A stretch of DNA of 64,000 bases from an uncultured delta proteobacterium (GTDB lineage Bacteria; Desulfobacterota; Binatia; DP-6). The position numbers and the translations under genes were made by a program. Below are positions 23,410 through 33,419 of this stretch, piece after piece (the stretch's first letter is position 1; every line of letters begins with the position of its first letter). The notes under the pieces are model-generated. The model was given only the letters and a program-made list of their open reading frames with translations, was not told where the DNA came from and ran no database searches. Where the stretch lies: contig CAWFFN010000005.1 in assembly GCA_963815115.1 (NCBI GenBank), positions 1,344,001 to 1,408,000 on the forward strand. The letters are read 5' to 3'.

Positions 23410-23530
23410 AATTAAATCAATGGGTTGGGCGTTTCTGGGGACGCGAGAGGGACGCTGTACACGGCAGAGGGGAGCCGGCCTCGCCAGCCCGTTCGCCTAC
23501 GGGGGAGCGGATCTGTGGACCCCGACTGGT

Positions 23531-26500
23531 TCATGCGACCGCCGCAGCGAAGGAGGCGAACAGGTCGCCGGGGAGAGGTTGCTCGAGCCGCCACGTGATG
23601 GCCATCGGGAGCTCTCCCTCGTGGCTGACGTAGTGGGCAGGTCCGAGGAACCAGAACGCGCGATCATCCGTCCGCAGCCGGGCGAACAGCATGATCGACG
23701 TTCCGCGGTCGCGATGCTGCCGATAGCGAAGACCGGTCTCGCTGTCGGCCCGCGTCGTCGATTGGCTCTCCCAGTGGACGAGGTCGCGATTGATGGCGTA
23801 GTCGCGGTAGCGCGTCGTCGGCGAGAATTGCCCGGAGGTCTTGTCGAGCGTGAACGCGAGGAGGTCGACGCGCCGCTCCTTCGCCCAGTAGACGCCCGTT
23901 TGCCAGGGAGGAACCCTCGCACCCGCCCCGCGGCCGAAGGCGGCGAGGATCTCGAGACGGGAATAGCGCGCGTGAATCTGTAGCGGTACGTCCGAGGGGT
24001 CAACGAGCGGCGTGTGCAGGTGGTCGACCCGGCCGGCGAGGGCATCGAGCAGCTCGAGGATCTCGACGCGAATCTGCGGATGTGCCCAGAGCACCGCGCA
24101 GGCATCGGCGATCGATGCCGACTTGTCGACGACCTGGCCCGCGACTGACGCGACGAGCATTCGGAGCAGTCGTTGCTCGCGCGCCGTCAGGGCGGCGAGA
24201 TCGGGAGCCGCTTCCGTATCGATGATCCGGCGGTATGTGTCGAGGCGCTCGGCATCGTCGACGTGGAGCAGGCGGCCGCACGCGCGGCGCAGGGCAGCCT
24301 CGTGTCGCCCGGACGCCTGGGTCGACACCCCGGCTGCCTCGAGGAGGTCCGACCAGCTCCTGTTGCCCGCGTAGACGTCCTCGAGCTCCACGCCCGCCTC
24401 GCTCAGGAACTCGGTCAGGCGCACCTGGCGACCGCCGCTCGCCATGGCCCGCAGCTCCTCCACCTTCCCCGTCCATCGTGACGGGACGGCGTTCTGAATG
24501 CCGGAGAGCACGATGTCGGCGGCGACCGGATCGAGCTCCATGTGGCACCCTGCGGGGAGGAAGGGGAAGCCGCCGGCGATCTGCTGGATCAGCTGACTGC
24601 GGCTGCCGCCGAGCAGAGCCCGGAAGCGCCGGTCGAAGCGGAACTCGCTGCGGTGGCGCCCGACGAAGTCGAGCACCGTGCAGCCGACCTTGCCGCGACT
24701 CACGCGCAAGCCACGGCCGAGCTGCTGCAGGAAGAGGACGGGGCTGTCGGTTGGGCGCAGCAGGAGCAGCGTGTCGACGGTGGGCAGATCGACCCCTTCG
24801 TTGAAGAGATCAACGGAGAAGACGACGTTGACCCGACCCTCGGTGAGCCGGCGCAGCGCCTCGCGCCGTTCGTCCGGCGGGCTGTCGCCCCACACGGCCG
24901 CGGCGGCGATCCCGGCGTCGCCGAAGGCGCGCGCCATGAAACGGGCGTGGTCCACGCTGACGCAGAAACCGAGCGCCCGCATGCGATGGGGGTCGTCGAC
25001 GTGATCAATCACCTGGGCGATGACACGACGTGCCCAGACGTCGTTGCCGGTGAGGAGCCGGGATAGCCCCTCGACGTCGTAGCCGCGCCCCCGCCGCCAG
25101 GGGACGTCGCGCAGGTCGAGGCCGTCGTGCACCCCATAGTAGGAGAAGGGGCAGAGCCGGTGCTGGTCGATCGCGTCCCAGAGCCGCAGCTCGGCCGCGA
25201 TCCGGTCGTCGAACCAGTGCAGCAGGGGGAACCCGTCGCTGCGCTCCGGCGTGCCGGTGAGCCCCAGCAGCTCGAGCGGACGGACGTGCTCGAGCACGGC
25301 GCGATACGTGTCGGCCGCGGCGTGGTGGAACTCGTCGACGATCACCACGTCGAAGTGCGTCGGGTCGAGGTGGCGCAAGCCGGTCGACGACAGACTCTGG
25401 ATGGACGCGAAGACGTGCTCGAAGCGACTCGGTCTCTCGCCGCCCACCCACAGCTCGCCGAAGGTCGCGTCGCGCAGGGCATGCTGGAACGTCGCCCGAC
25501 TCTGCTGGAGGATCTCGGCACGATGCGCCACGAAGAGTAGCCGCGCACGGGGCAGCTCGTCGCGGAGCCGCTGGTAGTCGATCGCCGCCATCACGGTCTT
25601 CCCGGTTCCGGTGGCCGACACGAGCAGGTTGCGGTGGTGGCCCAGGCGGCGGGAGACGGCAATCTCCTCCAGGAGACGCTCCTGGAAGGGATCGGGGCGT
25701 AGCTCGGTGGGGGGCAGGGCGATCGCCTTCGCCCGGTCGGGTGGTGCAGCGCGGCGGGCGAACTCGTCGGGGTCGTACGGGACGAAGTCACCGCCGTTCC
25801 AGTACGACTCGAAGACGGCGACCATCTTGGTGACGACTTCCGGGTTGCGCGCCTCCGAGACCCGGACGTTCCATTCGAGGCCGGTCGCGTGCGCCGCGTG
25901 TGTCCAGTTGGACGAGCCGATGTAGGCGGTGGAGAAGCCCGAGGCTCGGTGAAAGAGCCACGCCTTGGCGTGGAGGCGGGTGGCCGTCGTGTCATACGAG
26001 ACCCGCACCTCCGCCCCGAGGGCGCGCAGCGCATCGAGCGCCGCCCCCTCGGTGGAGCCGGTGTAGCTCGTCGTGAGGATGCGGAGGCCCCGAGCGGCAG
26101 CAGCGTGTCGCCGCAGCGCCTCGAGGAACGGGCGCATCCCCGAGCGACGAATGAACGCCATCACCACGTCGAGACGGTCCGCGGATGCGATCTCGGCGAC
26201 GAGCTGGCTTCCGACGCGCGGCTCACCCGGAGCATTCGTGAGGACGGTTGTGTCCAGCAGCGGGATGAGCGGTTCGGGGATCGTCTCGCTGCGGCCGTCG
26301 GGGAGCCGTGCGAGGATGGCATGCAAGACCGTTGCCGGCGCCACGGGAGCATCCTGTTCCGACGTGGCGCCACGAACGGTGCCGCCGATCTCCTCGGCGA
26401 GCCGGCGAGCGAGTGTCGTCGCCACGGCGACCCGTTCCTCCTCGGTCACCGCGGCCAGGGCGCGCTGGATCAGACGACCGAGGTGCAGTGCGATCCGGTC

Positions 26501-26623
26501 CGGTGCGTCCGCAGCGCGAAGCGGTTCTCTCGCGGCCGCCCAGCGATCGCCGAGAGCGTCCAGGCGCGCGTGGAGCGCTTCGGTGATCAGCTGCTCGTAG
26601 AGTCCGCGGGGCTGCTCTGGCAT
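23531..26623 (-). CDS. PLD(HKD)-nuclease/SF2 helicase with DUF3427
   Basis: LHAKAW...YIGSSN, ATGTGKT, DEFHH, QQLGRGLR, and YRDYAIN...HWESQS C-terminus. Confidence 0.9.
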   Translation of the reverse strand: MPEQPRGLYEQLITEALHARLDALGDRWAAAREPLRAADAPDRIALHLGRLIQRALAAVTEEERVAVATTLARRLAEEIGGTVRGATSEQDAPVAPATVLHAILARLPDGRSETIPEPLIPLLDTTVLTNAPGEPRVGSQLVAEIASADRLDVVMAFIRRSGMRPFLEALRRHAAAARGLRILTTSYTGSTEGAALDALRALGAEVRVSYDTTATRLHAKAWLFHRASGFSTAYIGSSNWTHAAHATGLEWNVRVSEARNPEVVTKMVAVFESYWNGGDFVPYDPDEFARRAAPPDRAKAIALPPTELRPDPFQERLLEEIAVSRRLGHHRNLLVSATGTGKTVMAAIDYQRLRDELPRARLLFVAHRAEILQQSRATFQHALRDATFGELWVGGERPSRFEHVFASIQSLSSTGLRHLDPTHFDVVIVDEFHHAAADTYRAVLEHVRPLELLGLTGTPERSDGFPLLHWFDDRIAAELRLWDAIDQHRLCPFSYYGVHDGLDLRDVPWRRGRGYDVEGLSRLLTGNDVWARRVIAQVIDHVDDPHRMRALGFCVSVDHARFMARAFGDAGIAAAAVWGDSPPDERREALRRLTEGRVNVVFSVDLFNEGVDLPTVDTLLLLRPTDSPVLFLQQLGRGLRVSRGKVGCTVLDFVGRHRSEFRFDRRFRALLGGSRSQLIQQIAGGFPFLPAGCHMELDPVAADIVLSGIQNAVPSRWTGKVEELRAMASGGRQVRLTEFLSEAGVELEDVYAGNRSWSDLLEAAGVSTQASGRHEAALRRACGRLLHVDDAERLDTYRRIIDTEAAPDLAALTAREQRLLRMLVASVAGQVVDKSASIADACAVLWAHPQIRVEILELLDALAGRVDHLHTPLVDPSDVPLQIHARYSRLEILAAFGRGAGARVPPWQTGVYWAKERRVDLLAFTLDKTSGQFSPTTRYRDYAINRDLVHWESQSTTRADSETGLRYRQHRDRGTSIMLFARLRTDDRAFWFLGPAHYVSHEGELPMAITWRLEQPLPGDLFASFAAAVA

Positions 26624-26851
26624 GGAACGCACCGCGCCGTGAGTCTCGAGGACCTTCTCTGCACCCAGCGAGCATTGCAGCGACGGCAGCGATGACGACG
26701 GCAACCGTGGACCACGTGGACGCCACCAGCTCCCGCGCCGGGCCGGATTCGATCGCTCGTCGCGCCCTTCGCATCGGGAGACCACCCGCGTGGATCGTCG
26801 AATAGCCACGCGGTCTTGGCTGCCTGCGGTCCCGCCGATGCCATCAGACAA

Positions 26852-27160
26852 TCAAAGCCTGGGCTTGCCGCCTCGAGCGGCGTGCCAGACAGCGAGGACT
26901 GATACGCGGCGGGCGTCCTCGGCCGTCGCGTAGTACACGTGGTAGCGGGTCCTGGGCAGCAGGAGGCGCCGGAGATCAGGCCGTGGCCCGAGTCGATACG
27001 CTGCTCCTGCCAACGGTGCCGATCCCAGCCGTGTCAATACGGCCGCGAACTCCTCGACGAAGAGGTCCGGTGAGCTCGGGCGGTTTGCCTGCCACCATGC
27101 TGCGATCGTTTCGACCTGAGCGACCGCCTGCGGCGCGACGATCACCCGGAAACGCTGCAT
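26852..27160 (-). CDS. ParE/RelE-family toxin
   Basis: 102 aa; RRLLLPRTRYHVYY...VLAVWHAAR. Confidence 0.8.
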   Translation of the reverse strand: MQRFRVIVAPQAVAQVETIAAWWQANRPSSPDLFVEEFAAVLTRLGSAPLAGAAYRLGPRPDLRRLLLPRTRYHVYYATAEDARRVSVLAVWHAARGGKPRL

Positions 27161-27396
27161 CAGCGATGCTGGCGCCGCAACGCCTCGATGAGATCCTCCG
27201 CCGCGACACCCTCTCCCCGCTCGATCTCTTCCTGCGCCACCGCCAGGGCCGCGTGCAGCCGCGCGCGCTCGTCGTCGTCGAGGTCGTCGCCTGGGTCGAC
27301 GACGATGAGGTCGACCTCGCTCCCCTCGGGCAGGTTCAACGGCTCATCGATGACGACCTTGCCGGCCCGCACGCGCCCCTTCAAGGTGAGCACCAT
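27160..27396 (-). CDS. Cognate antitoxin
   Basis: Translationally coupled to the toxin; LPEGSEV...EIERGEGV acidic C-terminus. Confidence 0.7.
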   Translation of the reverse strand: MVLTLKGRVRAGKVVIDEPLNLPEGSEVDLIVVDPGDDLDDDERARLHAALAVAQEEIERGEGVAAEDLIEALRRQHR

Positions 27397-27669
27397 GTGA
27401 CCGCGTACGTACCATCGACCTTGACCGTGTGCCACCGCGACGGGTCCCCTCCCCTCGGGGGGGCAGCGGGCCGCGGTGGTCGTCCCAGGCCCTCGAGTTA
27501 CCCTTCGGGCGGATCGTCCCCGAGGGACATGATGACGGGAAATGACGGGAGACGTCGGTAGGCTCGGGGGGCATCGGAGGATAGTCCCAACCAGACGTAG
27601 CCGCCGCGATACGGCCCGGGCTGCGGCGGCGGGACGGCCCAGGTGCGGCCGGCGCCGTGATCGGTTTGC

Positions 27670-27696
27670 CGACTGTTACGTAACTGGTTACAGTCG
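27670..27696. promoter_or_regulatory. Palindromic operator upstream of higBA
   Basis: Imperfect inverted repeat CGACTGTTACGTAACTGGTTACAGTCG, 5 bp before the higB start. Confidence 0.55.
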
Positions 27697-27701
27697 CAGC
27701 G

Positions 27702-27986
27702 ATGGCGATCCGGGGGTTCCGGCACGCCGGACTCGCCCGGTTCTTTGCCACGGGATCGAAGGCGGGCATCCGCCCGGAGCACGCCGCGCGGCTGCGCCGA
27801 CTGCTTGCGGTCCTCGACGCGGCGAGCGGGCCGCAGGATGTCGCCCTCCCAGGGCTGAGCCTGCATCAGCTCAAAGGCGCGGCCGCGGGCCGCTGGGCCG
27901 TCACGGTCAGCGGCAACTGGCGCGTGACCTTCGCCGTCACGGCCGAAAAGGAGATCACCGATGTCGACTACGAAGACTACCATTGA
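27702..27986 (+). CDS. higB: HigB toxin (plasmid maintenance killer type)
   Basis: FRHAGL...LHQLKG...[13 protein letters not shown]...DYEDYH. Confidence 0.9.
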   Translation: MAIRGFRHAGLARFFATGSKAGIRPEHAARLRRLLAVLDAASGPQDVALPGLSLHQLKGAAAGRWAVTVSGNWRVTFAVTAEKEITDVDYEDYH

Positions 27987-27999
27987 GCGGGTGGGCTCG

Positions 28000-28284
28000 A
28001 TGCACCACCCGCCGCACCCGGGCGAGGTCCTGGCCGAGGAGTGCCTGAAGCCGCTCGGGCTGAGCGTCACGGCGGCGGCGCGCGCGCTCGGCGTGAGCCG
28101 CAAGACCTTCTCGCTCATCCTGAACGGTCACGCGGGAATCACGGCGCCGATGGCGCTGCGGCTCGCGAAGGCGTTTGGCGCGACGCCGGAGTTCTGGCTC
28201 CGGCTCCAGATGCAGCGGGACCTCTGGGACGCCCGCCGGACGCGGACCGCCGGCGTCAAGCGGCTCGTGCGAGACGTCGCCTGA
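28000..28284 (+). CDS. higA: HigA antitoxin
   Basis: PPHPGEVL...HTH...[18 protein letters not shown]. Confidence 0.9.
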   Translation: MHHPPHPGEVLAEECLKPLGLSVTAAARALGVSRKTFSLILNGHAGITAPMALRLAKAFGATPEFWLRLQMQRDLWDARRTRTAGVKRLVRDVA

Positions 28285-28305
28285 CGCGGAGCTCCTCACT
28301 GACCA

Positions 28306-28539
28306 CATGACCTCGCTACTGTAAGCGCTCTTGTCGGGTTCGTCGGCGTGCTGGTCGGCGGGTGGTTGACCGGGTACCACCAGCGCCAGCAGCGCCGGCA
28401 GGCGGCGATCCGGGAGCAACTCGAGCGGTTCTACTCACCGATGGTTGCGCTACGCGCGCGCATTCGGGCGAAGGGCGAGACGCGAGCCAAGGTCCACACC
28501 GCTGCCGAGCAACTCTGGTGCGAACAGGTCGAGCGCGAC
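28306..28539 (+). pseudogene. Membrane-anchored hypothetical protein truncated by the mini-IS3
   Basis: MTSLLVSALVGFVG...EQLERFYSP runs into the IS end. Confidence 0.45.
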
Positions 28540-28659
28540 TGGACTTGCCCCCGACCGGCGAACAGCTCAGATGTGGGCGTGAGCCCACGAGGAGGGTGTT
28601 CGGATGCGGAAGCGCGGAGCGGCTTAACTCAGGTGTTCGCCCGGACGGGGGCAAGACCA
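28540..28659 (+). mobile_element. 120-bp internally deleted derivative (MITE) of the IS3 element at 58820-60110
   Basis: Retains both terminal IRs, the RBS and first orfA codons, and the last orfB codons. Confidence 0.88.
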
Positions 28660-28919
28660 CGGTGCGCATCGCCATCGGCGTGGGCGGGCGCGCCGAACTG
28701 GACCTTGAAGGCGACGTCTTCGCGAAGATCGCGATTCGTGTCGAAGCGAAAGGCGTAGAAGCCCTCGTCACGAAAAGTGTCCGGCGCGCCGACGCCGGCG
28801 TTCGGGTTCACGGTCAGGGCCATACCGTTGTGCCGGGGCGGCCCCCGAAGGAGATAGAAGTCGCAGACGTTGATGCGGGGGTCTCCTTTGGCGGTAGGCG
28901 TATCGAAATGATGCGACAT
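28660..28919 (-). pseudogene. DUF4331-like protein, N-terminal fragment
   Basis: MSHHFDTPTAKGDPRINVCDFY...ALTVNP; cut by the mini-IS3. Confidence 0.65.
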
Positions 28920-29005
28920 GACCCCTCTTTATGATTTGGTTCAAGCGGGATCGAAGACGGTCAGAGGCCGTTGTCCTCGGTGAAGCGGCCGCTTCATTGC
29001 ATCGG

Positions 29006-29395
29006 CTACGCCGCTTTGCCTTGCCCCGCGTCCGACGACACCAGCAACCCGCCAAGCACGATCGCCACGAGGAAGAGCGCGGGCACGTCCCCGAGCAGGT
29101 GCCCGTGATGCGCGGCCGGCATCGACTGCACCGCCATGATGCCGCCGTGCACGACGCTCGACCACACAGTGAACCAGATCAAGCTGCGATGGGCTTGTGG
29201 ATCTCTCGACGCGATGAGCAGGAAGACGCCGAGCGTCGCGTAGACTCCGACGATCATCATGAAGTACTGCGAGTCGTGGGGGGCGCCCGCGTGCCACGCC
29301 CAGCCGGACGGCCACACGATCGCCAGCGGGTAGACGAGGAGGAAGACGGCGCCGAAGAGGGCCAGGGCGATTTGCAGCAGTCGTTGAGAAGACAT
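29006..29395 (-). CDS. Small 4-TM membrane protein (DUF6632-like)
   Basis: WPSGWAW...MIVGVYATLG...FTVWSSVVHG. Confidence 0.7.
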   Translation of the reverse strand: MSSQRLLQIALALFGAVFLLVYPLAIVWPSGWAWHAGAPHDSQYFMMIVGVYATLGVFLLIASRDPQAHRSLIWFTVWSSVVHGGIMAVQSMPAAHHGHLLGDVPALFLVAIVLGGLLVSSDAGQGKAA

Positions 29396-29680
29396 CGTCA
29401 GGATTCCCTCCCTTCGTGATGGCTCACGAAACCCATGACCGTCTGGACGCGGAGGTCGGCGCCCTCCCAGACCTGGTCGTTGGGAATGACGCGGTAGATA
29501 TCATGCCGCTCCAAGGAAGCCGCAAAGCCCGAGTTGTCAATACACACCGCGAACCGCGTTCGAGAGCCCTTCCGCATGGTGACTAGTTGCCCGGCCGGTT
29601 CTGCACGCCAGCAGCTGCCCGCTCTGCGCCTCCTTGGCGGTGATCAGGTTCGGTTGGCACGGAGTTTCGAGCCGGGTCCT

Positions 29681-29815
29681 TCAGGGGGACAGCAGGTTGC
29701 CCGCCTCGTCGTAGTCGAGGATCACGCCCGGCTTGTCCTCGTCACTCTCGGCCACCACGCCTTCGCGAAGCGTGACCGTCAGCGTGTCCGTCTCGCCGTC
29801 GTATTCGACCTTCAT
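29681..29815 (-). pseudogene. DUF2283 protein, truncated
   Basis: MKVEYDGETDTL...GVILDYDEAGNLLS followed by an early stop. Confidence 0.65.
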
Positions 29816-29899
29816 GTGACTCTCCAGTCCTCAATAAGCCCGCTCGCCCGATACTCGTGACCGAGGGAGTCGTACCGCGGAGCAGTTGCGCCGGGAGTG

Positions 29900-30077
29900 G
29901 TGCGGCGTCGGCCGTCTTGAGCAGCTCGGCGGTCGTCGTCCCATCGAGATACTCCTCGCCACAGTTGTCGCAGACGCCCGCGGGCACCCCCCGGACAACG
30001 ACGATGGCTCCGCCGCGCTCTAGCGTCACGCTCGCCTTCCCGGGTTGGATCTCGCCCTGTCGGCAGATGACACACAT
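29900..30077 (-). pseudogene. YgiT/MqsA-type zinc-finger antitoxin fragment
   Basis: MCVICRQG...VPAGVCDNCGEEYLD; the 3' boundary is approximate. Confidence 0.7.
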
Positions 30078-30179
30078 GATGGATTCTTCCTCCTCGTGAA
30101 CCCGTCTCCCCAGCCCGCCGTCACGGCCGGCGAGGGCTCCCCGACGACCGTGGCGGTCCGAACAGTGCCCTGCTACCGT

Positions 30180-30740
30180 ATGCCCATGCGGCTTGCCAGT
30201 GCCCGGGTGGTCCGGGGTTCGATCGTCACACGCGCGAGGTTCCCCGACGGGACACGCCTGACGCTCGTTCCTCACGACGACGGACCACCGGTCGGCCTCG
30301 ACCCCGACGAGGAAGCCGGCGTGCTCAAGGGGATATCCGAGATTGCGTCGGGCCGAGGCATCCCGGCGCGCACCGTTCGTCGGAAGCTTCGCCGGCACCC
30401 CTGACCGCCGTAGGGGGAGACTCAGGCGGTGCCTCCCTACGCCGTCACCGTTGCGCCGATTGCCAATGCATAGATCGAAGCCGCGCTGCTGTGGTGGAGT
30501 CGCAACCGACCAGCGTCCCGAGGCTTGCTTGCGAACGAAGTTGATCGTGCCCTGGCGCTGATCGAGCACGTACCCCAGGCGGGGCGCCGCACGACGAGTA
30601 CGCTCTTCCGTGACGTCCGCCGCCTGCTCCTCCGGCGGAGCGGCTATCACCTTTACTACCAGGTCCTCGAGGCGCAGCACGCCGTCCACGTCGTGTACTT
30701 CCGTCACGCTCGCCGACGATCGATCACCAAACCGAGATGA
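30180..30740 (+). pseudogene. Antitoxin plus frameshifted ParE/RelE toxin
   Basis: Paralogous to 26852-27396 (FPDGTRL...EIASGRG; RRLLLRRSGYHLYY); the toxin 5' part is out of frame. Confidence 0.6.
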
Positions 30741-30844
30741 GCCCTGTGGGCAGCGCGTCGCAAACATGAACTGTCCGCTCAGCATCGGATTACCGACTGA
30801 TTCAGCGGTAGCGCCGCGGGAGGAGCCGATAGGAAGCCGATAGG

Positions 30845-32336
30845 CGTAGCAATGCAGACGGGCTGCCCTCCGCCGCGATAGGTTCGCGGTGGACCACGGG
30901 GTCAGCCGAGACGGCGCCCCAAGCATTGAGGAGGGCAGCCCGATGCAATGCTCCGTGGGATTGGACGTGCACAGCAAGGCGAGCGTGTTCGTGATCCAGG
31001 ACGGGCACGGGCAGGTGCGAGCGCAGGGGGAAATGTCCACGACCCCGGCCGGCTTCCGGGGCTGGCACGAGGCGCAGCGCCTGCCAGCGGGGACGCCCGT
31101 CGCCTTGGAGACCGGGACGGTGGCCTTTTTTGTCGCGCGCGAGCTGACGGCGCTGGGGTGCGCGCCGCTCGTGGTCGATGCCCGCGAGGTGCGGCTCAAG
31201 GCGCAGCGGCCGACCCAGAAGAGCGACCTGCGGGATGCGTTCGAGCTCTGCGACGGCTTGCGGCGGGGGATCGATCGCACCATCGTGCATGTGCCGCCGC
31301 GGCCCGTTGCCCGGCTCCGCGAGACGCTGGCGCGGCGCCGGCACGTGGTGCGTCTCGAGACCGCGCAGGTGAACGCCGTCAAACGGCTACTGCGAGGCGC
31401 GGGGCTGGCGCGCCTGAGCCGGAGTCTCGGGACTCTGGGGTGGGCTGTGCAGAGCTTCCCTAGTCGCCAGCTTGGCGGGCCACGGCGAGCGGCGCGACTA
31501 CGTCGCACCGCACCGCGAACTGTGGCGCTGCGCGCGCACGCAGCGGGTGGCACTGGAGGGCGCGTTGACCGTGCAGCTGGCCGCGCCCGCGTTCGCCCCC
31601 GCCCTCCGCCGGCTCCAGACCATCCCCGGCGTGGGGCCGATCGTCGCCGCCACCGTCCTGGCGGTCTTCTCCGACGTGCGCCGGTTCGCGGACGCGAAGC
31701 ACGCGGCCAGCTATGCGGGCCTGGTCCCGGCCACGTATCACTCGGGCGACCGCGAGGCCTACGGGCGCATCACGAAGCGGGGGTCCCGGGAGCTGCGCAC
31801 GATGCTGTGCGAGGCGGCCCACCATGCCAGTCGCCCGACCCATCCGTTCCACCCCTACTTCGCGCTGCTTTGTGCGAAGCGCGGCTACAAGATGGCGACC
31901 ATCGCGGTCGCGCACCGGCTCGCCCGGATCACGTTCGCCATGCTGCGCGACGGGACGGACTTCGACGTCGCGCAGCTCACTATCGAGGAGGGCCCGGTCG
32001 AACGCACGACCATCCGGCGCGACCGGCTGAAGCGGACCGCAACGCCCGCGTAGCGCGGCCGTTGCCCACGCCACTGCGCACCGCACTCGAGGACGAGCAC
32101 GTGACCCGGGTCGTCTCCTGAGCCACGAGCTCAGATAGCTGTTTGGGGCCGAGCTCTCCTCAGTGCAACGTGGGCCGCGCCCGCGACCCCGAATGGACGC
32201 TTGGTGAGTGCCGGCGCAGCGGACACACGTATCGGGACGATCCCGAGGCGGAGACTCACTCAACCCTCACGACGAGCGGCAGAACGATCAACAGACGGCG
32301 ACGTCGATGCCCCCCTGGACAGCCCGTCTTCATGGG
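30845..32336 (+). mobile_element. IS1111-group IS110 element, transposase (30943-32053) frameshifted
   Basis: GLDVH, LETG, KSD..DA, TIPGVG and YAGLVP..SG motifs; subterminal IRs ATGCAGACGGGCTG / CAGCCCGTCTTCAT; ~270-bp 3' non-coding region. Confidence 0.88.
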
Positions 32337-32417
32337 CGCGATGAACGGGGTTTTGCGAAGGTTTACGGAACGCCCCATCCCGGGCCATCGCCGCATTTTC
32401 GCCCGCTCCGTAACAAG
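32337..32417 (+). repeat. 90-bp element copy, right part (left 9 bp at 30836-30844, split by IS1111)
   Basis: 3 mismatches to the copy at 58431. Confidence 0.9.
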
Positions 32418-32751
32418 GCCGACGATACGCTTCGGGAGATCACCGCGTTCCTGGAGCAGTATCGCCGCGCCACCGAGGCTCACGATGTCGACGACCTCGC
32501 CGCCATGTACACGTCGTTCTCTCCAGCGCAGCACGCGGCGCTCGAACGCTACTTCGCCGGCGTGCGAGACCTCCGGATCGGGATCGATTCACGTGGAGGC
32601 CGCCGTGGTCGGCGAGGAAGCCGTGGTCAGCTACACGCGGACGGACGACTTCGTCGACGTCCAGACGGGGCGACCAGGGCACGTGTCGGTGCGGCTGACG
32701 AAGACGCTGCGGCAGGTGAACGGGCGGTGGCTGTTCGCGTCGGCACGGTGA
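32418..32751 (+). pseudogene. NTF2/SnoaL-like domain fragment
   Basis: Starts mid-frame right after the repeat: LEQYRRATEAHDVDDLAAMY...LRQVNGRW; one frameshift. Confidence 0.55.
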
Positions 32752-32823
32752 GGGTCATTGTTCGCGGACCGGGACCAGGCTGATCGGAGGCACGGCGGCA
32801 TCCGTAGAGTCGGGCGTCGGCCC

Positions 32824-33129
32824 TCAGGAAGCAGGTCCCAGCGGTTTCCGCTTCGTGTGGCGCACCGTCAGGAGGAAGACGGTCTCTTTCTCCACGCTGA
32901 ACAGAACGCGGTGCTCACGGCAGAGGAGCTGTCGGACCTCGACCCCGAACGCTTCAGATTCGGCCTCGGCTACCGGACAGCGACGGGGGAGAGTCTCCAA
33001 TCTCTCGATCGCCGCAAGGATGTCTGTGTGCCAGACATCCGCCCCCTGCGGCGAGCGCTTCTTGTACCACGCATACGCTCGGTCAATGTCTCGCTCGGCC
33101 CGTCGTGTGACCTCGACGCCGAACCTCAT
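32824..33129 (-). CDS. ParE/RelE-family toxin
   Basis: VEVTRRAERDI...LPRRCPVA...RVLF...VRH. Confidence 0.8.
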   Translation of the reverse strand: MRFGVEVTRRAERDIDRAYAWYKKRSPQGADVWHTDILAAIERLETLPRRCPVAEAESEAFGVEVRQLLCREHRVLFSVEKETVFLLTVRHTKRKPLGPAS

Positions 33130-33419
33130 GCGCTCCTGGGCAGCTTGTGCTTTCGGCGCATCTGCTCCAGAAAAGCCCGAGCAGGCTTCGTGCGGCCATG
33201 CTTCGCATCCTCAAGACCCTCGGCGACGGCGGAGAGGGTCTCGGCCTGATCAACTATGGCCATGATCCGCTCATAGCTGTCAGCGTCCATGACGACGGCC
33301 TTTGCCCGGCCGTTGAGCGTGAGGACGAGGGGACGCTTTGACCGCTCCAGGCGCTTGAGGTGATCCTTGGTGTTTCGTTGAAAGTCAGTGACGGGGAAGA
33401 TGTCGGAGAGCTGTACCAT
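33126..33419 (-). CDS. Phd/YefM antitoxin
   Basis: VTDFQRN...PLVLTLNGRAKAVVMD. Confidence 0.85.
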   Translation of the reverse strand: MVQLSDIFPVTDFQRNTKDHLKRLERSKRPLVLTLNGRAKAVVMDADSYERIMAIVDQAETLSAVAEGLEDAKHGRTKPARAFLEQMRRKHKLPRSA

